Source: Camelus dromedarius
Lineage: Eukaryota
Assembly: GCF_036321535.1 (NCBI RefSeq)
Contig: NC_087437.1
Location: 26,662,001-26,726,000 of the forward strand
Length of the DNA: 64,000 bases
Direction of reading: 5' to 3'
The translations under genes and the position numbers were made by a program. The notes below the pieces were generated by a model that saw only the letters and a program-made list of their open reading frames with translations, made no database searches and was not told the origin of the DNA. The first letter of the stretch is position 1; every line of letters begins with the position of its first letter. Shown here in pieces: positions 62,026 through 64,000 of this stretch.

Positions 62026-62496
62026 TCAATACAATATAAGGGGCCATACAAAAAACCTGTGTATCTTAACATCCCTTTCCTACAGCCTGTGCCTGAAATT
62101 GTTACCCAGAAAGTCACTGTTTCAGGGGGATGTTTTTCACTGGGAGAATGTGTTGTTACCTGAGGGCATGGTGTTAATTGGCAGCTGCACATTTATCAGA
62201 TTAACCCATCCGTGGACCACTCCTCCCAGTGCCCCAGGGGAGAGTCTCATGGGACCTGGCCTGGTGACACCCCACAGGGCAGAGCAGTGTCCAGTCTTCA
62301 GCTGGAACTGTGCTCCTGACCATTGTTGTCACCCAGTGACAACTTGCTCCAGGACCAAGATCACTCCACCTCTACCCTGTCTCTCTTTCTCCAAGTATCC
62401 AAGACCTCCCCATCTGGACTGAGTCTATTCTGGATTTTGGAGGGCATTGCTGCTGCCATGGTGGATGACCCTTCACTCGGCTCTATGACACAAGGT

Positions 62497-62904
62497 TGTA
62501 GCAGAGGCTGATGTGCCCAGCCCTTATCTCCCCAGCACTAGCTGTAAATACCAATGGCTACTTTCATGAACACCTCATTTTTCTCTGCTGAGGGCTGTTT
62601 TGAGCTGCCAGGGAGTTAACCCCCCTCCTCCTGCCAACACAGCCCTCAAGCAATGACAGCTGATGCGTGGGTGGATGAACACCAACTTCCTCATCCCTCA
62701 GGCAGTGGGGAACTCTGAAGAATGTTCCAGAGTATTTCCCAGTGCCATAAAACCCCCATATTCCCCAGAGGGTGCCTACTGGGTAACACACCCTTAATTG
62801 GCTACCTGCCCTTGCTGATCTCTCCTGGGATCCTCTGGAAAATCAGCTACTTACACTCAAATCCTTGGATCCGGGTCTGATGTGGGAGACCCCAGCCTAG
62901 GACA
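62497..62904 (+). mobile_element. LTR16-family ERVL 5' LTR
   Basis: tgtagcagagg start; end ctacttacactcaaatccttg..gggtctg..gaccccagcctaggaca, directly followed by internal sequence. Confidence 0.8.
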
Positions 62905-63600
62905 GTTGGTGTTGGAAGTTGTTCTGAAGGCAGACACTCAGGATAGAATCAGCTCACTCACCAGCCCGATGGTCACAAGACCCCACTGTCGGTGTGAAGT
63001 GGCACTCTGGAAGATTCTAGAAGATTCTCATCTCACTCAGCTTGTGGATGTGGCCCCTGAGATTCTCATCTGCAGTGAACTGAGACAGAGCCTTCTGGGC
63101 AGAGACACATCAGCTCACGCAATAGCTCCACATGTCAGAGATAAGGCGGCAGAGAATGCAGACTTGGCGAGTAGTTATTAACTACAACTGAAACCCCGAA
63201 AGGAGAAAATGACAGGCTCAGTTCAGCCAACCACCCACTCAGAGCCTAGTGGGAAAGTCAGGGGGCTTCCACGGTGGCGTTTCTTAAAACCCTCCTCTCC
63301 TGCAGATGGGGGGCTGGCCAGGAAGAAAACCAGGTCTAGGACCTGATTGTCGGAGTGTTGCAGTAACAGAGGAGGTTGGAGCACAGCCTTGGCACGTCTC
63401 CTGTGGGGAAGTCAGGGCTCCGAGAAGAAAGGAGAGGACCTGGAACATGAGATGGGACACCTGGGGAGATGCACCTGAGAGCAGTGAAACCGAAGGTTCC
63501 CCAGAAGCTCTGGGCTGGCAGAAGTGGCCCCTCCCACTGGCTAGAGGCGGGCAGCCTCCCCTCACCTGGAGGTTAGACTGAGGTCTCCCCTGAGGCAGAC
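62905..63600 (+). mobile_element. ERVL (ERV3-16A3-like) internal region with decayed gag-like coding sequence
   Basis: Translation with stops and a frameshift, ENDRLSSANHPLRA*WESQGASTVAFLKTLLSCRWGAGQEENQV*DLIVGVLQ*QRRL / AQPWHVSCGEVRA..TWNMRWDTW, resembles the ERVL/MaLR gag N-terminal motif. Confidence 0.75.
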
Positions 63601-63932
63601 ACCTTGCTAGACAGTGTCTCCTGTCCTGAAGACCCGCTCCTGTGTCTCCTCGTCGCTGCTAGATCAACAATTACGGCCAAGGCTCAGTAAGGCGTGGGTG
63701 GTGAGTAGCGTTCCTGCTGTAGGAGGAAACAACCACAGGACCGGGCCTGAGTGCAGAGGGCCTCCCAGGGGGCTCTGCCAGCTGTTGCATACATCCATCC
63801 CATTTCTACACAGAGGGACTGAGGCATCTTTCCCCAAGTTTGTGTTCAGTGACTTCATGTTGGTGGCTGGAAACTAGCCGTGGCGGGAGCATGCACAACA
63901 TAAAAATCAGCACATGCCGCAGGTCCAGATGA

Positions 63933-63990
63933 GGGCTTTTTTTCTTTTCTCATCCTCCTCTCCCTCTCCTTCCTCCTCCTCCTTCTCTGT
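63933..63990. repeat. CT-rich / (CCT)n low-complexity tract
   Basis: tcctcctctccctctccttcctcctcctccttct. Confidence 0.8.
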
Positions 63991-64000
63991 GGGGAGCTGG

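Noticed and set aside
1..64000. Novel prokaryote-type system (CRISPR array, operon, defence island, retron)
   Set aside because: Sequence is mammalian repeat-rich DNA; I saw no regularly spaced repeat-spacer array, long ORFs or operon structure

Overview
Mammalian, non-prokaryotic genomic DNA, most likely from a camelid. This inference rests on a tRNA-derived SINE at ~923-1057 and young L1 3' ends of a style I associate with alpaca/camel. I recognise no intact protein-coding gene: the supplied ORFs are short and are either chance frames or transposon remnants. The window is intergenic or deep intronic and dominated by interspersed repeats (L1, L2, MIR, MaLR/ERVL/ERV1 LTRs, hAT and mariner DNA transposons). 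Several insertions are nested and have readable target-site duplications (TSDs). The clearest non-TE features are a degraded RPL32 processed pseudogene (~12.07-12.59 kb), an orphan CpG island (~51.14-51.79 kb) and two smaller CpG-rich patches (~23.8 kb with a CTCF-like motif; ~33.2-33.6 kb with a strong splice donor). There is also an LTR16/ERVL proviral 5' end with a decayed gag-like peptide (~62.5-63.6 kb). A few well-formed candidate exons hint at unannotated lncRNA or UTR transcription. I found no convincing new biological system. Repeat subfamily names come from my memory of consensus sequences, and boundaries are approximate unless a TSD is quoted.
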